Below are positions 13,178 to 24,817 of a DNA stretch of 64,000 bases, piece by piece (position 1 is the first letter of the stretch; every line of letters starts with the position of its first letter). The position numbers and the translations under genes are program-made. Where the stretch lies: sequence record LR535904.1; one strand, written 5' to 3'. The notes under the pieces were generated by a model. It had not been told where the DNA came from. It ran no database searches and saw nothing but the letters and a program-made list of their open reading frames with translations.

Positions 13178-13597
13178 GTAATTTACATGGGCGAGTTATC
13201 GTAAGGAGTATTGAAAATGTATTTAATTGCTACTGGCTGTCATCGCCACTTGCTAGTTTCTTACCTTATTGAAATCGGTGAGTGGTTCGGTTATGAAATA
13301 GAGATTCTCCGCCAGGGCGAGGTCGTACTAATGTGCTATTGCCCACCGGGGAAATTCTATACCAAACGCTACCTGCAGAAGCTTAGTCGGTTGTTTGATG
13401 AAGACACTGATAAGTTGGACTGGGACTTTCTGATGGACTACAAGAAGTCTGACAAAGGCCCCGACGCAGAAGCTGCGAAACGGAATTTGCCAAAGCTGGA
13501 TATAACGGTTAAGTCGGGGCTGAAATATTTGGCACCCAAAATGCCAAAGCAAGTAAAGCTGTGGACGCTCCAACTGGCGAAGTGGCGGATAGCTGAA
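13178..13597 (+). CDS. DUF488-like protein (~127 aa)
   Basis: Reassembled MPKQVKLWTLQLAKWRIAEKRNLPKLDITVKSGLKYLAPDWDFLMDYKK...YTKRYLQKL...VVLMCYCPPGKFCHRHLLVSYL. The C-Y-C...CHR signature forms only after unscrambling. Confidence 0.7.
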
Positions 13598-14557
13598 AGT
13601 GGTGCGCGTATGCGCCACATTTTAAAGCGCTTCAGGAGAAAGAAAAAGAGATAGCGACGACCTTTACGGTAAGTGAAGATACTGACCGGTTATGTATCAC
13701 ATCGTTTACCGCGGAAGCTGCTATGGGTTTGGACGTACCGACTTTTGCTAACTTTAAGGACCCGAAAAGAAATCACAAGATTAAAATTAACGATGCTTAC
13801 AGACGGGTATGGTGTTCTGCTCTCGGTAGTGCTATTTATCCGTCGGCAAAGTCGCAGAATTATCGTAGTCTTGGTATTACACCGTCTGTGGGATGGGACT
13901 ACAACAACTACGAATTCGCGATAGACCGTGAGAATAACGTGCTCGTCGTTTATGCCCAGAAACTGGAAATGTGGCAGGAGTTGCCGGAAGACATTCGTAG
14001 ATTGGTGCAGGTCAGTATGTATTTCCAAGATCATGCCGGTCGCGTTCCACCGCTTCTAACACCTGCGTGGGATAAAGAGCTGGGAGATTGGACATTAGAC
14101 GAGTACGCTCGCTTAAAGAACCTCTATAGCGAATTGAAGCACCACGCCTATGCAGTTGTTGGTTGGAATAAGCTAGATGCGTTGGAGAATAGTCTAGTTC
14201 AGCAAGGCAATGTTGTTAACGGACTCGCTAAACTGATGTGCGACATTACACGCAAACGGGAAGAGAACTTCCCGCCTGTCGTTACCGCTGGATACGCTAA
14301 CGGCTGGTCGCCTCTGGTTGAACGGTTGATGGATAGACACCATGCACAAACCGATCATGTTACATGGGCGGTGCTCGTCTCCATGTGGAATGGAGGTAAC
14401 GCGAACTTCATGGAAATTCTTTGTAGTGTGGCCATTGTGTATCAGCTGTTATGCAAAGCACCGGCCAATGAAGCACGACATGTCCGTCCTGCGTATTTGA
14501 GGTAAAGGATGACGAAGCTCGTTTCGTTTTCAGCAGGGTTGGATTCCACCTGGATAA
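13538..14557 (+). CDS. PP-loop ATP pyrophosphatase, QueC-like (adenine nucleotide alpha-hydrolase superfamily), ~335 aa
   Basis: ATG 14509 (RBS gaggtaaagg), MTKLVSFSAGLDSTWIMYQLL = SGGxDS-type PP-loop. Later PPLLTPAWDKEKLEMWQELPEDIRRLV resembles the QueC 'PL...K.E' region. No canonical CX8CX2CX2C motif. Confidence 0.6.
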
Positions 14558-14917
14558 CCGGGTTACATGGTCGACCTGAACGCTAAGTTGATGCGTGAAG
14601 AAAAACAGAAACAAAAGCAAGGAACCCTCAAAATGGCAGTGGGAAGCAACTGGGAAGAAGTGCAGGTGATGGAAAAAAACGATTTGGACGAAGCGTTAGA
14701 GGTCTGCCGTGACACTGCAAAAGAAATCGCGGTACGTTACGAACGTGTATTCCTGGAATGCGCTAAAACCTTTAACGGACCACAGAAGACAACCTTTCTC
14801 GTTGCGCCTATGGTTGCCCACGCTGCGGACAAACCACTCTTACTCGACCAGGATGTTACGTTATCAATTTCTACGTACGGTGAAACAATGAAGAAAGTTT
14901 TAGTTCTGTTAGGCGCA
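14498..14917 (+). CDS. Predicted secreted/periplasmic protein (~110 aa)
   Basis: Reassembled MKKVLVLLGALVAPMVAHA|ADKPLLLDQDVYERVFLECAKTFNGPQKTTFNDLDEALEVCRDTAKEIA...: classic Sec signal with AxA cleavage site and two Cys. Confidence 0.7.
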
Positions 14918-17377
14918 CGATGGATATGGGAAGATTGTTTGCATCCCATCTTTCGATGTTGTGGCAGAAGAAACCCCAGCGTTAGCGATTGAAGTGATGC
15001 GTGCAGGCACCATCATGATTTCTCCACGTATAGAACTTGGCGTTGTCGATGGTTACTTTCAACTCCGCGGTGAATTCACACCACACGGCCCACTCAATGA
15101 TCGGATACGTTGTATTGAACTCGTACGCGTTTGCGGTTATGTATCGAACGTCTGCTATGAATTCGACGCGCCTGTGATTAAACCGTGTCAATCGTTCGGG
15201 GAAGTAAAGGCCGCCATAGACTCGGCCCGTCCCGACGAAACGATATCGTTAGCATTACGTCGCGGACACGTTTTCTGCGCACAAACCGTGGCATCCGCGA
15301 GTGGACTGATACTGTCTATACCGTGCGACGAATTTAATTAACCCCATTAATTATCGAGTGAATAAATGAAACTACAAACCGAGGTTAAGGAAATACCGAG
15401 AATTTAACGCCGATTGAGATAGTGGCGCTATTGACCCTAGGTTACATGGATTTGATTTGATGCGGTGGATGCGTGTCGTAAAGCGGTTGCCATGATACTC
15501 AAAGAAGAAAATTAATGCGCAACCAGCACGTTTAGGATGTGCATTGACCGTGTGGACCCGAACAGTGACACTTATCCGCTGTTTTGTATTTATATCGCAA
15601 TCAGTACCAGCACTCGTACTGCGGAACGTCGAGAGACCTGCGATAGGGGCAACGGGGGATTACTGATGAACTTACGTTGGCCTATCGCCGCGGCGGTTTG
15701 TGAGCAAGAAAGACGAGGTGGTGCTTCCGGTTGACGAGGTTGCCAGTAAAGTAGCGATTGTTGGTTATACTCGGAAGTTTGACGTGACCGTTGAACATGT
15801 CAAAGAAGTACCAGAGACGTCGTTACATCTGTCGGAAGAACAGCAGTTCGTTAGTCGTGCAGATATGGCAAAGTTACACTTCAAAGCGGAAGAAGACCAA
15901 CTCATTGAAAACTTCATGCATTCTGGACTACTTGATAAACAGGAAGAAGGGAAATATTTCGGTTATGCGTTTGTGGCCGCCCCGAACGAGCGGTACGATT
16001 ATACACTGGCTGATTTCTGCGAACATGCCGAAGAGCTGGTTAAATCGCTACGTCCTGACCTCACCGAACTCGACAGCGGTGAGGTTGTGACTGAATCTGC
16101 TGTCGCCACGCTTGACGCAGACATGTTAGTCGGCGGATTGTTCGACCAACCGCGCCCATGGCACCTGTGGGTGATGCGCCCGTACGCGGGCCGCGGTTTT
16201 CACTTTACAGCAAGTCCACGTATTCGTGCTATCGCTACCATCGCTGAAAACGCACTGAACCGCATCACCTTTATTGGCAGCTCCATTCGCCGCCTCGAAA
16301 AGAAACCCCGTAACAAAAAGTATAACCCAAAAGCTGCTACAGAGCGTACAGCGCACACGCGAAATTCGTAAAGTATTCCACACTGTCTGTAAAAAGGTTT
16401 TTAAGTAATGGCTAAGCAAGAACACGTATAACGCATGGAAAATAACGTATCGGCATCTGCATACCGAACAAACTCTTATGGCGAGACTCTTGTACCCTGA
16501 TGAGGATTTCGTCTACGACCTCAGCGAGATCACCCTGGCACATGAGCTTGTCGCTGAGTTAATGAAAGCGGATATTCCGCCACTGTGGGATTTGTGCAAG
16601 AACACACCGGGGGAATTTCATGTGGTGTTCGTTCTTGGCATCGGCTTTGAACACAAATGTAGTTATCCTGGTGACACGACAATGTGGTCGTGTCACGGAC
16701 ACGGACCGTATTCTAAATCTAAGGCGCTCGTAAACGGTTGGGTTGAGAAAGGCGTACGGGATGCGTGTGAGGTCATTATGCCAGTTTTATACGGCGGCGT
16801 GGACCTGGATGTTCTGGGTCGGTTTAAACTACGAACGCACTCGCAATTTTTACAGAACACAACCATTAAATGAAGACACCCTTAAGGAGAATTAAAGTTA
16901 GACTCAACTATCGACCCGACCCAGATGTGATGGAAAGTGTGATGGAGCACTGGCTCGTAAACTTTACTTGGCTGCGTCAAGAAGGCAATGCGAATCTCTG
17001 TTATCCAAGCTGGACGTAAGACATTAACCATTTATTAGAAGGATGGCAGCCGCACGAGTACGGGAAACGTTTTCAGTACAAGCTTCGTACACGTAGACAC
17101 CACAGCTTAACATTTGTGGCAACCGTGGCGGGTCTTAGCGAATGGCCGAACATCGCAACCGTTTGGGCATTCACGGGAGAAGTTCGCAAAGACGGAGGGG
17201 CGCTGGATGCTGAAAAACCAGTCGATCTTAAAACGCGTGCAATCATTAGGGCATTTATGTTTCAATGTTCAGTCGTCAATGATGCGGAATTGGCCGTGTA
17301 CAAGCAGCGCACAATCCCCTACCTAACTTCGGTTAGGTAGGGTTCTTTTTATTTTTAACCCTCTGGGGGATATACCA

Positions 17378-17737
17378 CAGCGAAAGCAACCAAGAAAGTC
17401 GTCGATAAACGCAAACGCGTTGTCGCTTAAGTAGTCCGTGTAGAGCGTGCCTTGGTAGCCGACACCCCGGTTGATACTATCCCTGCCACTAAGAAGGTGA
17501 CCATCACTTTTAAAGGCTTACCACAGGCGAAGAATCTGCGCGTCGTACGTGCAGACGCTGCAACCGCCAAGAAACTGAATCTGCAAGGGTTTCTGTATCA
17601 AGGTCTCCGCGCGGGTTACACAATTGTCAAACGTGCAGGTACGACTCTGCTGTACGTGGAGAAAGGTTGTGAGAACAATAGATGTTATTTTACTGAACCT
17701 AACTGTAAAGAAAGGAAAAAGTAGATGGCTAAACAAT
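17378..17737 (+). CDS. Small basic protein (~101 aa), monocistronic
   Basis: MAKQYTIVKRAGTTLLYVEK...AAKATKKVVDKRKRVVA*. Has its own promoter and the terminator ccctacctaac-ttcg-gttaggtaggg-ttcttttt at ~17318-17348. Confidence 0.75.
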
Positions 17738-17797
17738 CCTAAACCACACTGATAGTGTGTGCGCTTAGAGATGATGGTCTAACGCACGACTTTTCAG
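17678..17797 (+). promoter_or_regulatory. Phage promoter split across a block junction
   Basis: 17791-17797 (ttttcag) + 17678-17697 (atagatgttattttactgaa) rejoin to ttttcagatagatgttattttactgaa, matching the 8306 motif. Confidence 0.75.
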
Positions 17798-20617
17798 GTT
17801 GCTAACACAACCAATGAAAAAGGTACCGCGTATACCCCAGGACAGCTTCATGTCGAGCGCGAGGGTTCTATCTTATTTTCTTGGCAAGACAAAGAAACTA
17901 AACAGTGGATGTGGTGTGTGGACAACGATGAAAACGAATTCATGTTATTCCATCCCGAAGTCGATGCGTCTGAAATCGAACCGATTACTGTCGGCGTCGC
18001 TAACTTCGACCGCATGGAAGAAGGGCAGTATGTCGTGTGGTTAAGTGCTATTCATCGTGACCTGCCGAAACGTGAAGTAACTCTTTCTGTCGATGCGATT
18101 TACATCAGTCCACTAACTTATGTGAAACAACCCACGTAAAGAGGAATTAAGAGAATGCGCGAAGAAAACCAACTGTAAGGTTTGCCTCCTTGCCCACGGG
18201 TAAGGAGGTCCCTTTTTACGGCGGCTGCGAAATTGAAACTCGCGCGCTTTATCTGCGCAGCCGTCCTGACAGACGACGAAGAGCTGGCAGATGTCGATTT
18301 GGCTGCGCCGGTTGACCCGAATCCGTCTGCAGAGGAGGTACAAGACCTTCTGGCAGGTATCCGTGCAGGCTTCGATGAAGCTGCTGAGAAATACGCGGAT
18401 GTAGAGCCGTCTGACGCTCAGAAGATTCTTATCGATGGTCCTGTGCCAAGCGATGAAGCACAACTCATCACCTCTAACGCAGAACGCATTGGCATGTTGA
18501 ACGAAATGAACTTTGCCGAGCTACTGACCGGTCAACCGTTGGACGATGAACACATCAACCGTTTTGAAAAACTGTTGGATTTAGGCGTGCGCCATGAGGA
18601 AGGGGCCGACGCGAACACACTAATGGCCCGCTACTACACACCGTTGAGGTTAACTATGGATATGATCGAATTAGGTCAGCTCCCTCAGCACGATTTCGGG
18701 AGCTGTTAATCACCCCTGTTCCGGTAACGGCGTAATTCGCCATTGTATGACCCTTAAAACGCGACGGCATTAAATCCTACAACGTTATGTACGGTTATCA
18801 GTTACGTGAGGTGGAAGAAGAAGAGATGACTCGTGCACATAGTCGCGTGTTGGAAAAGCTCGTCGCGAAAGCCAAACATGTAATGCAGTTCCGTGCCGTT
18901 ATTGACGAACAGCACGTACTCCAAGTTGTTTATTCGATGCAAATTAATCGTACAGTGTCGAAGTCTAAAGAAGTCGTTTACAACGTTGAAGACGGTGTTG
19001 GCTACCCGAAAGTTATGTGTACGGACGTGCCCTGAAAACTACTAATGGAGAAAATAAAGTTTACACTTACCACCAATATACTGGGGGACCAGCCGCAATG
19101 TGGTTATTAGAAAACGGTGAGGAGTTCGGACTGTTGATGCATTGTATCCAATCCGAATTACCGGTGGGGGATGAATTTGGACAACGCTGGGTTATTGGTG
19201 GATGGTTTACCGCAGAAGGGGTGGTTACCCTAAGCCGCGGGAGGCTGATGTCATGGCGGAGCAGCGATAGTTACAAACTGACAGTGCTCTCACATCGCTT
19301 GGATTGGGTTAGGATGCTTTACGGTACAAGCTCTATCTACTCAACGCTCGTTATGGGTAGCCACGATGAGGATTTCTGCGGGGATGTCAGTTCGTTGTTC
19401 GATAGTAAGAAAGCGTTTGCTCGCATGGGCTTTTGTTGTGAAACGATAAACTACCGCAAAATTAATACATCGGTGCCACTCCGCTCAGCGGGGTGTAACT
19501 ACGCGATGCATTTTACTCGTTCGGAAGGGGACGAATAAGAAGTTATCAACATGGTTCGTGCTTTAGACGCCCAGTTAACCTCGCTTGCGGATGCTTTCAG
19601 TCGGGACACAGTTGCGCCCGACGCGATTGTACTCTGTCTGGACCACGGATACATGTTCATCGATCCTTCCACGTTACAAGATGAACGTCGTCTTTACTAC
19701 CGAATCTTTGAAGTTTTGGAGAGGATTCTGGACCGAACGTGGTTGGAAGACCGTAAAGCGTTATCGTTGTTAAATGAAATCACGCATCACTACACCCTTG
19801 CGTAAGGAGAGAATATGCTGAGAGTTATTGAACGCACCAACATGGGTGTTGCGATAGAGCACGAGTTTCCTTCTATCGAAGGGTTAGAGTATCGTGTAGA
19901 GTTTCTAAAACACTACCACGCCATTTTGCATTTGGCGGGACAGAAAGGTAAGAAGGTGAAGAGCATCATTACTGAGCAATTCTGCTGCCAAACTTTTGAC
20001 CCGATTGCCTACTCGGTTGCGTTCGTGGGGTTGCACGGTCAGAAACCGTTTTCATTAATGCTTTATAAGGAGTTCCCTACGCTAAAAGACGCAGGAACGC
20101 GTGAGATGCTGGGTGAATTAGCAAATGGTTTTGTCTCTGTCCCGTTGGAGACATTGTCATTAGAACAAACCCAGGATGTTTGCTATCTAATGCGACCAAC
20201 GAAGCGCGTGGAGATTACTGTCAGTCCGAAATACGGTTTTACGTCAGACCCATCGGTCTGTTTTCCGCATGACACCGAACATGCGGCATTGTACCAACGA
20301 CTGGGGTTCGAAGCTGTCCTGTTCCACGAGTGGAAGCGTTTAACGCGACTCCTGGAAGTGCAGATGCTTGATATCACTCGTGGATGTCGTTCAGGTATTG
20401 TTTACTACATCTACGAGTTGCACGTGCTTTCCGAGCCAGACCAAGAAGACGATCATTGGTTAGTGTTGAGCAATAGCGGTCGTGCGCAAATGTATTTTGG
20501 TCGATTGACCACCTTGGGGCAACTCCGTGAACGGATTCAAGATTTGCGACCCGTCGCCAACATGCAACTATTTAATCTATACGGTATGGACAAAAATGAC
20601 CTGACCGTAGAGTTTAG

Positions 20618-21457
20618 GTCCGCCGATGCGAATAAACGTAAAGCGGTGACAGAGCTAATCGGCACCTTATAAGGTACACTCACACGTGACATCTACTACG
20701 GTTTTACCTGGCGTGAAGTTCAGGTGGGTCGATATATACTTTTAAAACAACAAGCTGCCGATGGCAATAAGGTCGTTCTGTCAAACGCAGATACGTTTAA
20801 ACATGCGCAGTATCACAGCAAGGAATTTTCACAAGCTGACCACCGCGAGTTAGCGAAGTGCCCATCTAACGCAGTGATATACGCTGACCCGCCATACATC
20901 CCACTTTCGGATACGGCACGTTGTTCGGAAACCAACGTCGAGCTGCTCTGCGCCGACTTCCGCGACATCCTAAATAACTATGGTCAACATCCGAACGGTG
21001 TCTATTTCCCTGAAGAGGAAATTCTGGCGTGGGCAAATACACGTCATGGTTACAACGGCTTGTGCAGATACAATCAGTCGGGTGGGTTTAACGTGCCTAA
21101 CAGCGAGACAACCACGGGGAAACCTAATCTCCAGCGCGCTGCGATGTTCCTGTATCTAAAGGCGCTCTTTGCAAATGGGCTGGACCGCGGTCTGTACATG
21201 AAACGGCGTGAGGAATTGGACTTAATCGAGTTACTAACCATGGCGCGCGATCGTCCGGAAGCGTTGATACTGGAAGCTGCAGGGTCAGTGTTTTTAAACA
21301 CTAAATACCCGAACTATATTCTCGGCGACACGAACCCACTGCCCGAGCTTCTACAGGTGCTTCCGGATGCTGAGTATTTCGTTGAACCGTTTGTGGGGAG
21401 AGGATGCTAACGGGTGATAAGACCAATTTTAAAATGGATGGGCGGTAAGAGTCGTGT
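20618..21457 (+). CDS. dam: DNA adenine methyltransferase (~272 aa)
   Basis: GTG 21414, MIRPILKWMGGKSRVLPELLQVLPDAEYFVEPFVGAGSVFLN...DTNPDLIEL...RHGYNGLCRYNQSGGFNVPYG...VIYADPPY...SADANKRKAVTELI: all D12-class Dam motifs in the correct order after unscrambling. Confidence 0.96.
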
Positions 21458-23617
21458 TAGCCTCCCGGTGGAGACCAACCCCAGACCAACGATTAATGAC
21501 ATGTTTCAATCTGGCATGCTTATTAGCTGGAAACGCGTAAAAGGGAACCGCGCCGACCGAGTGCTGAAAGAAGAACCTGGTAACATCCTACGTTGCAAAC
21601 AGGTACTGCGTACACTAACGTTGAAACGCGACCCTGATCATTCCGACCAAGTCTATATTGAAACAGCTGCTGATAATAATCCAGCAAATCACCTGTAGCA
21701 TCGTAAACGTGGCATTGGTCGCCGGCTAATGGGTGCGCTATTCGATTTCGCACAACGCCAAATGCGTTTGGTCGCGCCAGGCGTCGTTGAACTTTCTGGC
21801 TTGACGGTTGCACCTACTCAGCACGCTAATGTGGAAACCGCGATTTGGCGAGACGGGCGTGATATCGTCGGCATTGCCGATGTGCGCGGCCACTATACGC
21901 ACATTGGTCCGTTAGCAGAAACAGTAATAGCAAGAATGGACGACAAAGACGTTATCCTGAATCTGGTCAGTGGTGCAATTTGCGAAGAGCTAGAGTAAGT
22001 AATAACTGCATCGGAAATCAAGATTATTTCTGGTGACGCATACGCAGAACTTTCCAACGAAAAAGGGTTTGTTCTTTCAGATATCGTCTGGGCATGTCAT
22101 TCTAAACTGTTTGATAACACAGGCTTCGAATATATGTCGTGCCCGGCACCTACTGGCGATGTTGAACAAAAACTGGTTTTTGAGGAGTTTGTACCTGGGG
22201 CATTCGATAAAGTTGGTTTAGCCCTTGTGCTCGACCACTGGGAGGGTTATTTAGTGGCCACCTATCGACACGGTGACCCTACACTAACCTGTCACTACCT
22301 AAAAGAGTTTCTAAAGGACGAGACTTATTCTGTTTACGTGGTACGGAATAAAGAAACCAGCATTCGCTCTGCCGAGTTCCAAAATAACGTCGGTACCGAT
22401 ACTGTACGAGCACGCCGTGTGACAGCATTACCTTTTGAGGGCATTACAATGAAAACTGTGGCTAAATTGTTCCGCAGAATCATTAAGGGGTCTTCGGACC
22501 CCTTAATTTTTTGTCTTTTTACGCGTTATCCTCATGTCGCACGTCAGTGTCAAACATTCTGAAACTTGGACGACGCTTGTCTCCAAACCTGAACTGTTGA
22601 CTGATAACGAAGTGCAGAAGCATATGGACAAATTTGCGTTCATGGTGAATCGCTTGGTAGACAACAACCACGGTTATATCGTGCTGACCAAAGACGGTAA
22701 AGTTATCGCTGGTAATCATATTCTGCCGACGCTGGTGAAACTGTACCCAGTTACGATTGACGTGGCGTTTACTACTGTCATGCAGGATAAAGCCGACCTT
22801 TGTGGTCAGCTTGCGGGTATGGCGGATCGTGTTGGTCGTTACGACACGCAAATCGAAAACATCTATCCGGTGTTTGCAGTAGCGATGTTGCGTTTGTAAG
22901 GCGCGCATCTGAACAACATGGTGCTAACCCGTGGTGATGAAGTTATCGGTCTGTCTCACCTTGGTCAGGAAATCGTTGCGGTTAACCTTGGTAGCGACGT
23001 ACGCTTTACCATCTATATAATTGTACCGATCAGCGAGCGTCTGAAAACAATTCACATCGAGCGCGAATATCCGATTGAAGCCACAAAAACGCGTACTACC
23101 GAATCTCCACGCTCACCTACCATTCCTAAACCGGATGATATCATGGCGAAGGCCCCTAAAACTGTAGCAAAAGATTCAATGGCAAGCAACGCGATTAATT
23201 TGAACACGACTTTCCAGAAGCAGCTTTCTGGGATAACTAGTATAACCCTTAAGGAGTCTGTAATAACTGCGTGTCTTTACCGACACATTTAAACCGTGTA
23301 GAGAATGACCGTCGGGCTACTGTTGAGTGGAAATGGCACGACTTTGACCCCAGTCAAGGGGATAAAGAACTTTGTATTGAAATTGCAGCTGAAGAAGTGG
23401 TCTGCGACGATTGCAAAGGTACCTTCCCGAAACGGGACGACCCATGGGGCCGCGAAACGTATTACATGTGCGAGAACTGCTGGGAAAAACTGCAGGCGGA
23501 TGATCGATGTAAACATCTTAAAGTGGGGTCTATAGCTCCACGTTATACGGCAGAGTGATGAGGGCTTCGAATGAACTGGTATGTGAGCGGTATCACCCGT
23601 CGTGTAATGACGGAAGA

Positions 23618-24037
23618 AAAGTCATGGCACGTAAACCTTCTGCAGTGATGTAAATTAAGGAGCATTTATGAACATAGATTGAATCCTGCATCGACTACAT
23701 GAATAACTGTCCTATCCGGGTACGAGAAACAGGACTTCGCCTGAATTACGAAATCGTTTACCGTTCCATCAACGGCAAATGCCGCCATAGCTTCAAAAAA
23801 AATGAACGCGAGAAAGCTGTGACTATCGAAACTCTGATGCGTGTTGCCGATACACTGGTTACGCAGAAAGACATTGCATTGTTGGTAGGCTGCTCACCGT
23901 CACAAATCTCTGCGATTGCAAAGAAAGCATTTCTGGTTCGTCTCTCTTACATTATTACCCGTGTCACTGCGAAGGATAATCGACTATTAATCTAAAGGAG
24001 TATTCTAATGCGTTTTAAACATCAAACCGTTGTGTTG
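23618..24037 (+). CDS. XRE/Cro-family helix-turn-helix protein (~121 aa)
   Basis: MRFKHQTVVLAKKAFLVRLSYIITRVTAKDVTQKDIALLVGCSPSQISAIKNEREKAVTIETLMRVADTL. First gene after the early promoter at 24053. Confidence 0.8.
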
Positions 24038-24052
24038 TTCCAGTCCACTAAA

Positions 24053-24076
24053 TTTCAGATATATATTACCTTAGTG
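24053..24076 (+). promoter_or_regulatory. Phage early promoter
   Basis: tttcagatatatattaccttagtg. Confidence 0.85.
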
Positions 24077-24157
24077 AGAGTTGTCGTTAAACTCTCTTAC
24101 CTTCGGGTAAGAGGGCATTGTCTTTTTTACAGATCAGAACAGTCCTATGCTTTTTGC

Positions 24158-24817
24158 ATGGCGTTACAGGCCGCCCGTATCGTTGAACGTATTCTGGCAG
24201 GTTAGTTGTACCCCTCTCACATCACTACAGACGGTGGTGATAAGTTTCCACTGATGCGAATTACAGCAGACGACGATAAGTATCTGCGCTCACAGACCGA
24301 TTGGGACGCCTTACGCGACCATTACCGTTTTGCGTTCCGCTTTAAGAAGCGCGTAGAAGCACAAGGTAAGCACTGGGATGATGAGGTACTGACAGCGCAC
24401 ATTAACGCACCAAAGCTTTACGTGGCAACCGATGTATCTTACGAAACCGCCACAGAAACTATTGTCTACCAGGGCGTAGATGGTAAAGGGGAAGTTTTCC
24501 GTTCGCGGGTATTAGACACGATGGATTTCGTTGTACCAGAGCACGATGTCGTTATTTTTGACCGTTTTTGTCAATCGGTTATCCAGCACGCCTCTAATGA
24601 ACGTATTGCTAAAGCGATGTGTCTGGATTTCCAATACGCCATCATCGTCAATCACCCGACGAATACCACTGAAGCCGGTATTAGTGCACGCTCTCTGTCT
24701 GGCAAATCAACACTCGCTAAAACGATTCAAGCGATGTTGCGCTCCGCTGGCGTTAATATTAAACTTTTGGGGAAGAATAAAATGTTAAACTCAGTGGCGC
24801 TGGATGGTCCAGATTTT
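24158..24817 (+). CDS. tmk: Thymidylate kinase (~207 aa)
   Basis: ATG 24782, MLNSVALDGPDFSGKSTLAK (P-loop formed only across a junction), VVIFDRFCQSTIVYQG motif. Ends ERILAG* followed by a terminator. Confidence 0.9.

Noticed and set aside
13538-14557. Complete 7-deazaguanine DNA-modification cluster
   Set aside because: Only a divergent PP-loop gene was found. It lacks the QueC zinc motif, and no queD, queE, folE or dpdA was recognised in this window.
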